The notes under the pieces were generated by a model that worked only from the letters and a program-made list of their open reading frames with translations, made no database searches and had not been told where the DNA came from. A stretch of DNA of 64,000 nucleotides. It comes from a virus. Every line of letters begins with the position of its first letter. Within the stretch, counting starts at the first letter, position 1. Shown here piece by piece: positions 50,747-60,235 of the stretch. Position numbers and translations under genes: made by a program. The stretch lies in IMG/VR virus record IMGVR_UViG_3300016476_001289, one strand, 5' to 3'.

Positions 50747-51361
50747 ATGATTAGTAAAAAGATCGCTTCTTTAGAAGAGCGTTTAGCTAGACTTGAAGCT
50801 AAATTAATCAATAAATTTGATTATCTAGAACCCATTGAAAAATCTAACTACAAGAAACATAAATCTATCAATAAATCCCTTTATCTAGAACCCATTGAAA
50901 AATCAGACTATAGAAAACATAAATCTATCAATAAATCTCTTTATCTAGAACCTATTGAAAATACTAAACATAAATTTATTGATAAATCTCTTTATGTAGA
51001 ACCCATTGAAAAATCAGACTATAGAAAACATAAATCTATCAATAAATCCCTTTATCTAGAACCTATTGAAAAATTCGATTATGTAGAACCTATTGAAAAA
51101 TCTAACTATAAGAAACATAAATCTATCAATAAATCCCTTTATCTAGAACCTATCTTAAAAAAAAGTTCATTTAAATCTATGGTTGAAATGATAGACCCTA
51201 GAACAAAAAGAGTAGAAGCAGTAGATACTTTAGATAGCTTCTATGAGAATAATATGGATGATGAAGAAGTAATAGAAGCTTTAGATGAATTGAAATCAGG
51301 TTTAAAGTCAGAAGTATTAGTCCCTACAGGACAAGGTTATTATATATTAAAGCTTAAATAG
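50747..51361 (+). CDS. KIASLE-leader protein with internal 20-aa tandem repeats
   Basis: AAAGGA RBS before MISKKIASLEERLARLEAKL; YLEPIEKS.Y.KHKSINKSL repeats. Confidence 0.75.
   Translation: MISKKIASLEERLARLEAKLINKFDYLEPIEKSNYKKHKSINKSLYLEPIEKSDYRKHKSINKSLYLEPIENTKHKFIDKSLYVEPIEKSDYRKHKSINKSLYLEPIEKFDYVEPIEKSNYKKHKSINKSLYLEPILKKSSFKSMVEMIDPRTKRVEAVDTLDSFYENNMDDEEVIEALDELKSGLKSEVLVPTGQGYYILKLK
50820..51155 (+). repeat. Intragenic 60-bp tandem repeat with in-frame shortened units
   Basis: TTATCTAGAACC(C/T)ATTGAAAAATC...CATAAATCTATCAATAAATC recurs about 6-7 times. Confidence 0.9.
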
Positions 51362-51365
51362 GATA

Positions 51366-51722
51366 TTATTTGCTGGAAGCCATATCTAATACGGACATAT
51401 CACCTACTACGGTAGCCATATCAATCACTACTGACATATCACCTGCTATAATTGATATATCCCCTACGATTGTAGCCATATCGCTTACTACAGTAGATTC
51501 CATATCAGTTGAAGAAGCCATATCACTTACGGACACATCAGCCATATCACTTACTTCGGTAACCATATCTGTAGAAGAAGCCATATCAACCACTATGGTA
51601 GACATATCAGAAGAAGTCATATCGGTGGTTGTAGCAACGGATTTAGTTTCTTTATCTCCACTACAAGCGAGAAACAAGAAAGCACTTAAAAGAATAGTAA
51701 ATAGAGTTTTCATAACTAACAC
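51366..51722 (-). CDS. Lipoprotein with Asp-Met (DM) repeats
   Basis: Signal peptide and lipobox FLAC; many DMS/DMA/DMT units. Confidence 0.75.
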   Translation of the reverse strand: MLVMKTLFTILLSAFLFLACSGDKETKSVATTTDMTSSDMSTIVVDMASSTDMVTEVSDMADVSVSDMASSTDMESTVVSDMATIVGDISIIAGDMSVVIDMATVVGDMSVLDMASSK

Positions 51723-51838
51723 CTTTTATTAGAGTTTATGTATTACACAAAACATAAAGCATAAACAAAATATTCAATACTACTTTTATAAAGTAGTATA
51801 TATAAGTATAAACTTTTATAAACAAAAGGACTCATAAA

Positions 51839-52195
51839 ATGATTAGTTCAAAAATCGCTTCTTTGGAAGCAAGATTAGCCAGACTCGAAGGCAAATTAAT
51901 GAGCAAAAAAGCTTGGGGTAAAACTCTTGAAGAAGAAGTAATGCCTCAAGTTGAAGCTGGTATTGCCGATGCAGGTGGAGAAATTGTAGATGTTAAATTA
52001 CAAAAAGGTACACACAATAGATGTCAAATGACAATTATGACTCCCAGAGGGATGAAAAGTGTAACTTGGCAAGTATTTACTGACTATGGTTACAATGAAT
52101 ATCTGTTTGAAGTAAATAATAAGATTATTCCTTCTCTAGATGAAGTTTCAGGTTATGAACTTGGTCAATACCTTGTATTGAAGGCTAGAGGATAG
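51839..52195 (+). CDS. KIASLE-leader protein
   Basis: MISSKIASLEARLARLEGKLMSKKA followed by a unique domain. Confidence 0.8.
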   Translation: MISSKIASLEARLARLEGKLMSKKAWGKTLEEEVMPQVEAGIADAGGEIVDVKLQKGTHNRCQMTIMTPRGMKSVTWQVFTDYGYNEYLFEVNNKIIPSLDEVSGYELGQYLVLKARG

Positions 52196-52736
52196 AATCA
52201 TCATCATCTTCATTAGAATGAAAATAATGATATTTACGATCTTCTTCTAAGAGTTTTTTATATTCCCCATCGTCTTCTTCTATTTCTTTTTCTAATTCTT
52301 CTATTAAGATCTCCCTTTCGAGCTTCTCGTAAAAGGCTGCTTCTCTCATCTCTTGTTCTATCATAGATCTGATTTCTTCTCTTTCTTCAAGAAGTTCTTT
52401 CAACTCACCAAAGATACATTTATCAAAAGCATAAGGAATAGGGTATGAAATCCACCTAGTAGTATTTTCTCTCTCAAAAGAATTACAGAAACCAGCATTT
52501 AATTGAAGACCAAATTTCTCAAGGATAGGAGAAATCTCACATTCTCTTAATGGACGGTCATAAATAGTCTCAGGTGGGGTGTAATTAGAAAATGGTTGTA
52601 GGTGAGAGATAAGATCTCTAAGGATTTCTGTTTTGAGAGATTGGTCTGGTAAATAATCAGTAGGTTGGAAGAAATATTCGTAATGGATATTATTGTGACT
52701 GAAACTAATCACAAAGTAAAGATGATTACTATTCAT
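52185..52736 (-). CDS. Hypothetical protein, paralog of 50185-50658
   Basis: Shared motifs; acidic coiled-coil tail. Confidence 0.75.
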   Translation of the reverse strand: MNSNHLYFVISFSHNNIHYEYFFQPTDYLPDQSLKTEILRDLISHLQPFSNYTPPETIYDRPLRECEISPILEKFGLQLNAGFCNSFERENTTRWISYPIPYAFDKCIFGELKELLEEREEIRSMIEQEMREAAFYEKLEREILIEELEKEIEEDDGEYKKLLEEDRKYHYFHSNEDDDDSIL

Positions 52737-52790
52737 AGTATTCCTTTGTTGTGGGTTTATAATGTATTATATTAAGAGGAGAATAGTAAG

Positions 52791-53072
52791 ATGAAAGAAT
52801 TAGATGATTATGATGTTTTATTATGTTTGATCTACCATTTACATCCATTTTTAGTAATGGATGTAGCTAAAGAGATACATATAAAGCCTGAAGAATTAGG
52901 TTTTATCCTAAGTGTGTTTAAAGACCACCCTGTAATATTAAAGCATAAAGAAGAAGCATTAAAAAATGATAATTATATAAGAGATATGGTTATTGGTATA
53001 TTTGAAGGGACTATATATAAAGAGGCTATCCTTTCGCTCTTTCTCTTGAATGAATCCCCCAATAGAACATAA
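52791..53072 (+). CDS. Hypothetical protein
   Basis: 93 aa, GAGGAG RBS. Confidence 0.6.
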   Translation: MKELDDYDVLLCLIYHLHPFLVMDVAKEIHIKPEELGFILSVFKDHPVILKHKEEALKNDNYIRDMVIGIFEGTIYKEAILSLFLLNESPNRT

Positions 53073-53799
53073 TTTTTAATCGGGGGCTTAAAAAAGGTGT
53101 AGCTTCTTCTGGATCTTCACTATAAGCTTCAATAGCGACATCGAAATCATCTTGAAATTTTTTACCTACATATTCTATAAGACTAGGGTTCTTTTTGACT
53201 GCTTCTAAGACAAGTATTTTACTTTGTTTTAAAGTAGGTGAAAGAAAGATAAAATTAGTGGGGTCTGCCTTAACACAAGCAAAGGCTATATCAAAATCAT
53301 CATTATAAGAATTAAGTAGTTTATCTAATAAGTGGATGGCATAACCTGAATCAGACATAATATTAAAATCATTTCTAATATAGATTTTAGGGTCATCACA
53401 TAAGGGAAGAATGAAGTTCTTATCTTTTAGTAGTTTTGTGGGTAATTTACTAAGAAATCTTGAATCTATTGAACAGATAAGATTAGCTTTCTTTTTAGTA
53501 GTAATAGTGAAGTGTTGGGATAAGAACCATTCCATATTATATAAGAAGATAGGTTCATTTAGTGCTATTTCAATAGGTGTTAAGTCCCAAGTTAGTTCTT
53601 CAGTATCTAAAACAAGATCATCATCATATTTATCTACATTAGTAGTAAAAACTTCTGTGATATCCAGAGAAGTACATAGTAGTTGAAGGACTTCCTTATC
53701 CTTAGGTTTAGCTAAGGTGTATAGGCAAATATCTCTATTTTCAATAGATTTTTCAAAGAGTATAACTTTCATATAGTCTATCTCACTTTCATTGAACAT
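53026..53799 (-). CDS. DUF4116-like repeat protein
   Basis: DDFDIAFACVK..., LKQSKILVLEAVKKNP.LIEYV...QDDFDVA repeats. Confidence 0.7.
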   Translation of the reverse strand: MFNESEIDYMKVILFEKSIENRDICLYTLAKPKDKEVLQLLCTSLDITEVFTTNVDKYDDDLVLDTEELTWDLTPIEIALNEPIFLYNMEWFLSQHFTITTKKKANLICSIDSRFLSKLPTKLLKDKNFILPLCDDPKIYIRNDFNIMSDSGYAIHLLDKLLNSYNDDFDIAFACVKADPTNFIFLSPTLKQSKILVLEAVKKNPSLIEYVGKKFQDDFDVAIEAYSEDPEEATPFLSPRLKIMFYWGIHSRERAKG

Positions 53800-53946
53800 A
53801 TTATATGAAAGTGGAAAATAAAAAAGGGAACATCTGTTAAGACATTCCCTTTTCTACAAAAAAACTAACCAACCAACACAAAAAAGTGTTTGTTAAAATG
53901 TTTATAGCATAACTTATATAAACTAGCAAATTTATTAAGAGAAAAA

Positions 53947-54150
53947 ATGTACGAGATGTTATTTATGGGGCAACCTATACTTGTTTATGATGTATCTAGT
54001 GCTATAAGAGAAGGTTTAGTCTTTAAGGTGAAACAAATAAGTCTATATAAGACAGGTGAAGATACCTTGTTTTTCTTAGAATTAAAGAGTGGGATACATT
54101 ATAAGATTTTATTAGAATATTTAGATAGTGGGTGGAAGATCGTTAAATAA
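53947..54150 (+). CDS. Small hypothetical protein
   Basis: 67 aa ORF filling the gap. Confidence 0.45.
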   Translation: MYEMLFMGQPILVYDVSSAIREGLVFKVKQISLYKTGEDTLFFLELKSGIHYKILLEYLDSGWKIVK

Positions 54151-54691
54151 GTTTATCTACAAGACCATGTTTTAAACATTCTTCTGAATTAAACCATAGG
54201 TCTCTTTTAAGCATTTTTACAATTTGTTTCTTTTTAAGTTTAGAGTGTTTTTTATAGAACTTATAAAATTGTTCCATGAGTTTATCTAGGTTTGCTTTTT
54301 CATCTTTAAGGTTTTCATAAGTGCCTTCAGTCCATTGACTTACTTGATGAATAAGCATATAGCCATATTCTTGCATGAATCTCTTCTTACCCACCATAGA
54401 CAATAAAGTACCTGCACTAGCGACACCACCTTCTACATAGGTATAAACAGGTACTTTATTATTTAAAATATGACCTGCCCCAGCAAGACCGCTATATACA
54501 TCACCACCATAAGAGTGGATATGTAGGTGGATAACGGGTGGGATTTCTAAATCATAGGTGAGTTGTCTATCTAGGGATAATTGAGTAGCTTCTCTTAAAG
54601 TGCTGACTAATCCTTGAATTGATTTAGGATTTACTTCATCATAATAGTAGATATGTAAGTCTTTTCTTGTGATACCAGAAGATTCTAACAT
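54143..54691 (-). CDS. clpP: ClpP-like serine protease
   Basis: IHSYGGDVYSG, GGVASAG (catalytic Ser), MLIHQ (His), RDLWFNSEECLKHGLVD. Confidence 0.85.
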   Translation of the reverse strand: MLESSGITRKDLHIYYYDEVNPKSIQGLVSTLREATQLSLDRQLTYDLEIPPVIHLHIHSYGGDVYSGLAGAGHILNNKVPVYTYVEGGVASAGTLLSMVGKKRFMQEYGYMLIHQVSQWTEGTYENLKDEKANLDKLMEQFYKFYKKHSKLKKKQIVKMLKRDLWFNSEECLKHGLVDKLI

Positions 54692-54763
54692 TTAAAATAG
54701 CCTTTCTTTTATTTATTAAATACATAGCATATTTATGAAAAGTCTAAATTCAAGGAGCTATGT

Positions 54764-55816
54764 ATGTCATGTAAGATACCAGCAGGGTCAGTAGCGACCC
54801 TAGTACAAGGGAATAAAGTTCTCTTTGATGGTGTATTATACAATCTAGATGATTGTGTGATAGAAAAAGGTGTACATTTTGAGACAAAAGCTAATGTAAA
54901 AGAAGTAGGTGTCGATTCACCTAAATCCGAAGCTAATGAATCAAATGAACAAAAAACAGAAGAACCTAAACCTAAAAAGTTTAAGAAACCTGTTGTTAAA
55001 CCATCCTCAGTGGATGAAAATATTGAAAATACTCAAGTACCACAACCACAAAAAAAGGATGATGAAATGGGATTACCTGTTCAAGCACCTCAAGATTCTA
55101 CACCAGGACAAGGGCAACCTGTTCAACCTATACAACAACCTGTAGGTTATCCACAACAACCTATGCAACCACCTGTAAATATGCAACTTCCACAAGGGTA
55201 TGCTTTACCTCCAGGATTTACTGTTCCACAACAAGCACAACAATACATTCCACAACAATTCATGCCTCAACAACCACAAGAGACTCATGCCACCACTGAA
55301 CATAATCAAGATGGTATGGATATGAACATGATTAAGACTATCTTGAACATAGCAGGGGATAATCCTGTTGTTCTCGTAGCCTTAATTGGTGCATATCTAG
55401 GTTTCACCTGGATGAAGAAGATGGAAAAGATCAAAGAAAAAGAAGCTGAAAATGGTGGTCAACACGCATCAGCTTGTGATAGTGATCGTAAGAGTCTTAA
55501 TTCTAAATTCTCTGATATGGACTTTAAAGTTCAAAAAATCGATATGCTTGAAAATAAAGTTAAGCAAATGGGTGATGTTAATGGTCGTCTTACTAAACTT
55601 GAAGAAAATAGTAATGGTTTAACCTTTAATGACACCACAGAACTTGAAGAAGCTTTAGCTAAAGTAGTTAAGAAAGTAGAAGCTCTTGATAAGAAGATTG
55701 CGTCATTAGTTGCAGGAACAACAGCACCTAAAGCAGTAGAACCTGTTAAGAAACCTACTAAAGCTAAAGAAACTAAATCTGTTGCAGAATTTCCACCTGA
55801 AGAAGATGATGAATAA
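54764..55816 (+). CDS. Membrane protein with Pro/Gln-rich region, one TM helix and coiled coil
   Basis: PQ-rich middle; VVLVALIGAYLGFTW; heptad-rich C-terminus. Confidence 0.7.
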   Translation: MSCKIPAGSVATLVQGNKVLFDGVLYNLDDCVIEKGVHFETKANVKEVGVDSPKSEANESNEQKTEEPKPKKFKKPVVKPSSVDENIENTQVPQPQKKDDEMGLPVQAPQDSTPGQGQPVQPIQQPVGYPQQPMQPPVNMQLPQGYALPPGFTVPQQAQQYIPQQFMPQQPQETHATTEHNQDGMDMNMIKTILNIAGDNPVVLVALIGAYLGFTWMKKMEKIKEKEAENGGQHASACDSDRKSLNSKFSDMDFKVQKIDMLENKVKQMGDVNGRLTKLEENSNGLTFNDTTELEEALAKVVKKVEALDKKIASLVAGTTAPKAVEPVKKPTKAKETKSVAEFPPEEDDE

Positions 55817-55878
55817 TTTTATATAATCGTATTTCTTATTTGTATAGTATGAGTTGAACTTTTAAAAAAAGGAAACTC

Positions 55879-56634
55879 ATGTTAAAATATCTCCCTATAT
55901 TATTGTTTATGTTTGCTTGTTCTAAAAATGAAGCACAACCTGTTGTTGTTAAAGATCAAGGTATTGTTGTTGTAAAAGACAAGTCTCTACCACTCGATCA
56001 AAGTCTACCTGAAAAAGACCAAGAAGTTAAAGCAGTAGACCCTGACAAAAAACACCCAATCCCTGAAACTGTTGATTGTGAAAAGTTCTTTACTGCTGAG
56101 GGGATTGCAGAAGCACATAAAACCAATTCACCTTATATTGCCGACAAAGAATATTTCTTGATTGAAAAAAATGCTGACTATGTTTTAACATTAAGACTAG
56201 GTTATCTACCACAAGAAAAGTTCCTTGCTATTTTCATGACAACAGCGGGGAAGAAAAAAGTCTGTTATGATAAAGAAACATCACTCATGTTCACTCTTTT
56301 ACATGATGAAGATACTGGAGAGAGAAGAAGCTATATGCTAGATGGTATCCACAATCAAAATTGTGGTACTGCTCGTAAGGTTCAAGATAAGAACAAAGCA
56401 GTAGGCATTTACTTAGTGCCTGAAAGAAGTAAGTTCTTTCAGTTTGCTATGGTTGCAAGAAGTATAGGTGCTTGGGCAATTATGGAGCATAAGAATTATA
56501 AAGGTATTGTAGGTCAACATTATAGTGAAAACCATTCACTTGCTTTAATGAATGGTTTTAGATGTGCTTATAAAGCTATGGGGTATACTCATCTCACAGT
56601 AACAAATTTACTCGATAACACAGTGAAAGACTAA
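55879..56634 (+). CDS. Lipoprotein, paralog family member 1
   Basis: Signal and lipobox MFAC; DCEK...RCAY.A.G. Confidence 0.75.
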   Translation: MLKYLPILLFMFACSKNEAQPVVVKDQGIVVVKDKSLPLDQSLPEKDQEVKAVDPDKKHPIPETVDCEKFFTAEGIAEAHKTNSPYIADKEYFLIEKNADYVLTLRLGYLPQEKFLAIFMTTAGKKKVCYDKETSLMFTLLHDEDTGERRSYMLDGIHNQNCGTARKVQDKNKAVGIYLVPERSKFFQFAMVARSIGAWAIMEHKNYKGIVGQHYSENHSLALMNGFRCAYKAMGYTHLTVTNLLDNTVKD

Positions 56635-56637
56635 GCT

Positions 56638-57378
56638 ATGTATAAATATCTATTAATTGTTGTATGTTTATTCTCTTGTAATAAGCAAACAGAAGCTCAA
56701 GAGAAGCAACCTGAAGTTAAACAAACTCAAACGGAAGTTAAACAAACTGAACCTGTTAAAGTAGCAGAACCCGTTAAGGTTAAAAACGGCAGTCTTAATA
56801 TCCCTAAAGGTAAAGATTGTGAAAAGCATCTCCCTAAAGATGCCCTTAAACAAAGTAAAAAAAATGATGGATATTACATCCCTAAAGAATCTTTTTGGTT
56901 TGTGAATATGAAAGGCGAAGGTGTATTATTAGCTAATTTCACGGTTGTAGACATGAAATTAAAGTTCACAGTCAATCTCTTGAATGGTAATAAAGTTAAC
57001 TGTATTGAAGAGAATAGTGATCTTGGTATTAGATTTAATAAACATCAAATCCATATCCTTGAATCTAAGTTCCCAAGAAACTGTAATGACCCAAGCAAAA
57101 CAGAGGAAAGAGTCGGTGCTATGGCTATTTATACACTTCCTTTAAATAGCACTCTTTTTAAAGAACTCTTATTAAAACCTGTTGAGTTTTTAGGTATAGA
57201 ATTAAAAGGAAAAGGGTATGCTTTTTTTCAAGTTACGAAAGAAGAAACCCCTATCGAACTACAAAATGCTGCTAGATGTGCTTATGAAGCATTTGGTGGA
57301 GCAGATCAAATTAACTTAGAAGATGAGGATTTCTTAATAGATACTCTAGCACATCCAGATGAAAATTCAAACGAGTAA
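56638..57378 (+). CDS. Lipoprotein, paralog family member 2
   Basis: LFSC lipobox; IPKGKDC, PLNSTLFKELL, LQNAARCAY. Confidence 0.78.
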   Translation: MYKYLLIVVCLFSCNKQTEAQEKQPEVKQTQTEVKQTEPVKVAEPVKVKNGSLNIPKGKDCEKHLPKDALKQSKKNDGYYIPKESFWFVNMKGEGVLLANFTVVDMKLKFTVNLLNGNKVNCIEENSDLGIRFNKHQIHILESKFPRNCNDPSKTEERVGAMAIYTLPLNSTLFKELLLKPVEFLGIELKGKGYAFFQVTKEETPIELQNAARCAYEAFGGADQINLEDEDFLIDTLAHPDENSNE

Positions 57379-57379
57379 A

Positions 57380-58015
57380 ATGATGAAATACTATTTATTA
57401 ATGATTCTTATTGTTGTCTCTTCTTGTAAGGACAAAGAAAAAGTTAGTATCCCTAAAGGAAAAGACTGTGATGTCTATTTCCCACAAGATGCTATGGCTC
57501 AAAGTAAAAAAAATAATAACTTCTTTATTAATGAAAGAAGATCTATTTACACTGGAGATGAAGGGATCTTATTAACTAATCTCCTTATCAAAGACACTAA
57601 ATTCCACCTAGCTATTAATATCTTAAATGGTAATAAAGTCATTTGTATAAAAGAAAATAGTCTTCTTGGTGTAAGAATATTTGAAAATAATAACACCCAT
57701 TTAATCAAAGGCGATTTTGACAGAAATTGTAAACAACAATCTGACCCTAAAGGTAATGGGGCAATAGGATTATTTGAAGTTCCTTTAAATAGCACTTTAT
57801 TTAAAGAACTCCTAACAAAAAAAGTAGGTGTCATTGGTGTAGGTTTAGATAATGTTAATGCTTTATTTAAGCCATTAGACCAAGAAACTGCTTTAGATTT
57901 ACAAAATGCTGCTAGATGTGCTTATGATGCTTTTGGTGGAGAAGAGACTATTAATTTATCTAATGATAATCTTCTTATAGACACTGTTTATCATGTAGAT
58001 AAGCCAAACGATTAA
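57380..58015 (+). CDS. Lipoprotein, paralog family member 3
   Basis: VSSC lipobox; same motifs as 56638; start shifted to MMKYY. Confidence 0.78.
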   Translation: MMKYYLLMILIVVSSCKDKEKVSIPKGKDCDVYFPQDAMAQSKKNNNFFINERRSIYTGDEGILLTNLLIKDTKFHLAINILNGNKVICIKENSLLGVRIFENNNTHLIKGDFDRNCKQQSDPKGNGAIGLFEVPLNSTLFKELLTKKVGVIGVGLDNVNALFKPLDQETALDLQNAARCAYDAFGGEETINLSNDNLLIDTVYHVDKPND

Positions 58016-58439
58016 TAATCTTTTTATAGATATAGATATATAGATATAAACATAACATAATAAGGAGTCTCCCATGAGATACCCACATATAACCAGAAGA
58101 GCTAGTTCTTTTTATTCACGAAGAGCTTCAGCTTCAGCTCCCTATGCAAAATGGAATCATGAAATCTTGAATATCAAAGAAGAAACCTATGTGTTTTTAG
58201 ATGAAGCTTTGAAAAAAATCGCTAGATTGAATAATGAATTAGTTCAAACCGCAGTCGAAGCGCAAGATCCAGAAGTTAAAAAAATCCTTAATTCTTTATT
58301 AAAATTGTATCAAACCTACCAAACTTCTCTCTATGAGAAAGCAGGTGATATACAAGAAGATTTAGGAAATGAAGTTGGTCATTCTTGGTAATATCTTCTT
58401 ATAGATATTGCTTATCATGTAGATAAGCCAAACGATTAA
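57969..58439 (+). repeat. 47-bp direct repeat pair (57969-58015 and 58393-58439) flanking one gene
   Basis: ATCTTCTTATAGA(C/T)A(C/T)TG(T/C)TTATCATGTAGATAAGCCAAACGATTAA, 44/47 identical. Confidence 0.9.
58074..58391 (+). CDS. MRYP-leader helical protein
   Basis: TAAGGAG RBS; MRYPHITRRASSFYSRRASA. Confidence 0.75.
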   Translation: MRYPHITRRASSFYSRRASASAPYAKWNHEILNIKEETYVFLDEALKKIARLNNELVQTAVEAQDPEVKKILNSLLKLYQTYQTSLYEKAGDIQEDLGNEVGHSW

Positions 58440-58671
58440 ATATAAAATTTAATAATTCAACATTTCCTTTCTGACTATTTACTAGATACTCTACATAATC
58501 TAATCTTCTAGGGTCTTCTTCTTTTTTAAGACATAAACCTGCATATAAAACGATTAGATCAAAGTATTTGGTATTAACATTTAATTCAGTAAGACTCTTT
58601 TCTATATCTAACTTTCTTAAACTTCGTAAGAATTGTGCTTCATATTGAAGTTGTCTTTCTCTTGTGTACAT
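58399..58671 (-). CDS. Hypothetical protein
   Basis: 90 aa, AAGGA RBS. Confidence 0.6.
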   Translation of the reverse strand: MYTRERQLQYEAQFLRSLRKLDIEKSLTELNVNTKYFDLIVLYAGLCLKKEEDPRRLDYVEYLVNSQKGNVELLNFIFNRLAYLHDKQYL

Positions 58672-58682
58672 AGAGATTTCCT

Positions 58683-59438
58683 TTAAAATAGAGTGGATGC
58701 TTCACCTTGTATATAATTACAAGCTAGTTTATAATATGTAGGATCTAATTCTATCCCTACTGATTTTCTATTTAATCTTTGTGCTTCTATAAGAGTTGTC
58801 CCTGATCCTGTAAAAGGATCAAAAATAGTGTCTCCTACAAAACTAAAGTATTTAATACACCTATAAGGTAAATCAGATGGGAATGGTGCAGGGTGCTTTC
58901 TATGTGTAGCTGATTCAGGTTTCATTTTCCATAAACCATTAGACCATGAAACAAATTCTTCACCTGTAATATCATCTTCACGCTTAATAGCTTTTTTCCA
59001 AGAATCTTTATAGAAAACAAGAATAAGTTCAGTAGGAGATATAATCAAAGGTGCAGATGCTGATTTATATGACCCCCATGCTGTCCCACCTTCAAAATAG
59101 CCTTTATCCCAAATAACATCACATTTATACTTCCAACCTATTTCTTTAGCTATGTAGCATAAATCGGGACCTATAGTCTTAGAACCACCTAATGTGGTGG
59201 AAAATGGAATATTTAAACACAAACGACCTGTTGTATTACTCCAATCATAACAATTCTTTAACCATTTACGACTAAACTCTAAATACTCATCATATTGTAG
59301 AGTGTCATCATTTGAATTATATTCAATCCCAACATTATAAGGTGGGGATGTTATAATAAGATCAATAAATGGTTCTTGAAATAAAGAACTATCCGTACAA
59401 TCTCCATGATATAACTTCACATCTCTAAACTCAAACAT
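58683..59438 (-). CDS. DNA methyltransferase, N4-cytosine/N6 beta class
   Basis: ITSPPYN, HPAPFP, FDPFTGSGTT. Confidence 0.92.
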   Translation of the reverse strand: MFEFRDVKLYHGDCTDSSLFQEPFIDLIITSPPYNVGIEYNSNDDTLQYDEYLEFSRKWLKNCYDWSNTTGRLCLNIPFSTTLGGSKTIGPDLCYIAKEIGWKYKCDVIWDKGYFEGGTAWGSYKSASAPLIISPTELILVFYKDSWKKAIKREDDITGEEFVSWSNGLWKMKPESATHRKHPAPFPSDLPYRCIKYFSFVGDTIFDPFTGSGTTLIEAQRLNRKSVGIELDPTYYKLACNYIQGEASTLF

Positions 59439-59470
59439 TCTTAAATGTCCTTTCTTTTTCTTGTCTTATA

Positions 59471-60235
59471 TTAAAATAATGTTTGTTGCTTTACATTTTC
59501 TTCATTTAACCATACCACTTCATTAAACTCTTTCATTTGGCAATTTAATATTGTCTTTAAAGGTTTAAAGGGCAACCATGTTGCTTTTTCTCCCTCACAG
59601 ACTATTACTTGCCCCTCTCTTCCTTTACACCATTCACCTAAATGACTAAAATCTATTTTATTAGATGAATGAGCATATCCCTTACCTTCATGTTGATAAG
59701 GTGGGTCGATAAACCAAGTAGCTTGTTCATTATCTATATCTTCATAAGACTTTTGTTCTATTGTCCAATGACGAATATGTTCTAATTGTTCTGCTATTTT
59801 AATCTTATTTAATTCAGTCCATGTGTTATAATTTCTAGGTTTATATACTTCACCTGATTTAGATATAAATCCTTGAACTGATTTCATACTACGACTTGTC
59901 CATTTAGTATCAGGTCTATAATTAGATGAATGTATCCAATAACCTATTAACCATTTAGCTTCTTGGGGGATATTATAATCATTGACTGATTTGTCAAAAT
60001 CTATCATAGGCAAGTCTAAGATTTCTTCTTTCTTAGCATGGATAAGATAATCCCACAGACCACAGATAACATCATATTTGTCATATAACTTAACTTGTTT
60101 ATGTGGGTAATGTAAGGCATAACAAGCAGACCCTGCAAATGGTTCTATTAGTATATTATGTTTAGGTGAAGGGTAGTGTTTAGCTAAATTATATTTACTA
60201 CCAAAGTAGCTAAAAAATGGTTTAAGTGGTTTCAT
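59471..60235 (-). CDS. Dam-like (D12 class) DNA adenine methyltransferase, copy 1
   Basis: FSYFGSK, IEPFAGSA, FIDPPY. Confidence 0.88.
   Translation of the reverse strand: MKPLKPFFSYFGSKYNLAKHYPSPKHNILIEPFAGSACYALHYPHKQVKLYDKYDVICGLWDYLIHAKKEEILDLPMIDFDKSVNDYNIPQEAKWLIGYWIHSSNYRPDTKWTSRSMKSVQGFISKSGEVYKPRNYNTWTELNKIKIAEQLEHIRHWTIEQKSYEDIDNEQATWFIDPPYQHEGKGYAHSSNKIDFSHLGEWCKGREGQVIVCEGEKATWLPFKPLKTILNCQMKEFNEVVWLNEENVKQQTLF

Noticed and set aside
50820-51155. 60-bp periodic repeat as a CRISPR array
   Set aside because: The whole unit repeats in frame inside an ORF; there are no unique spacers
51370-51732. Plus-strand 120-aa ORF (AIS/DIS repeats)
   Set aside because: Antisense of the DM-repeat lipoprotein, which has a signal peptide and lipobox
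53822-53853. AAAAGGGAA...TTCCCTTTT hairpin as a terminator
   Set aside because: The stem is imperfect and lies between divergent gene starts, so no transcript obviously ends there
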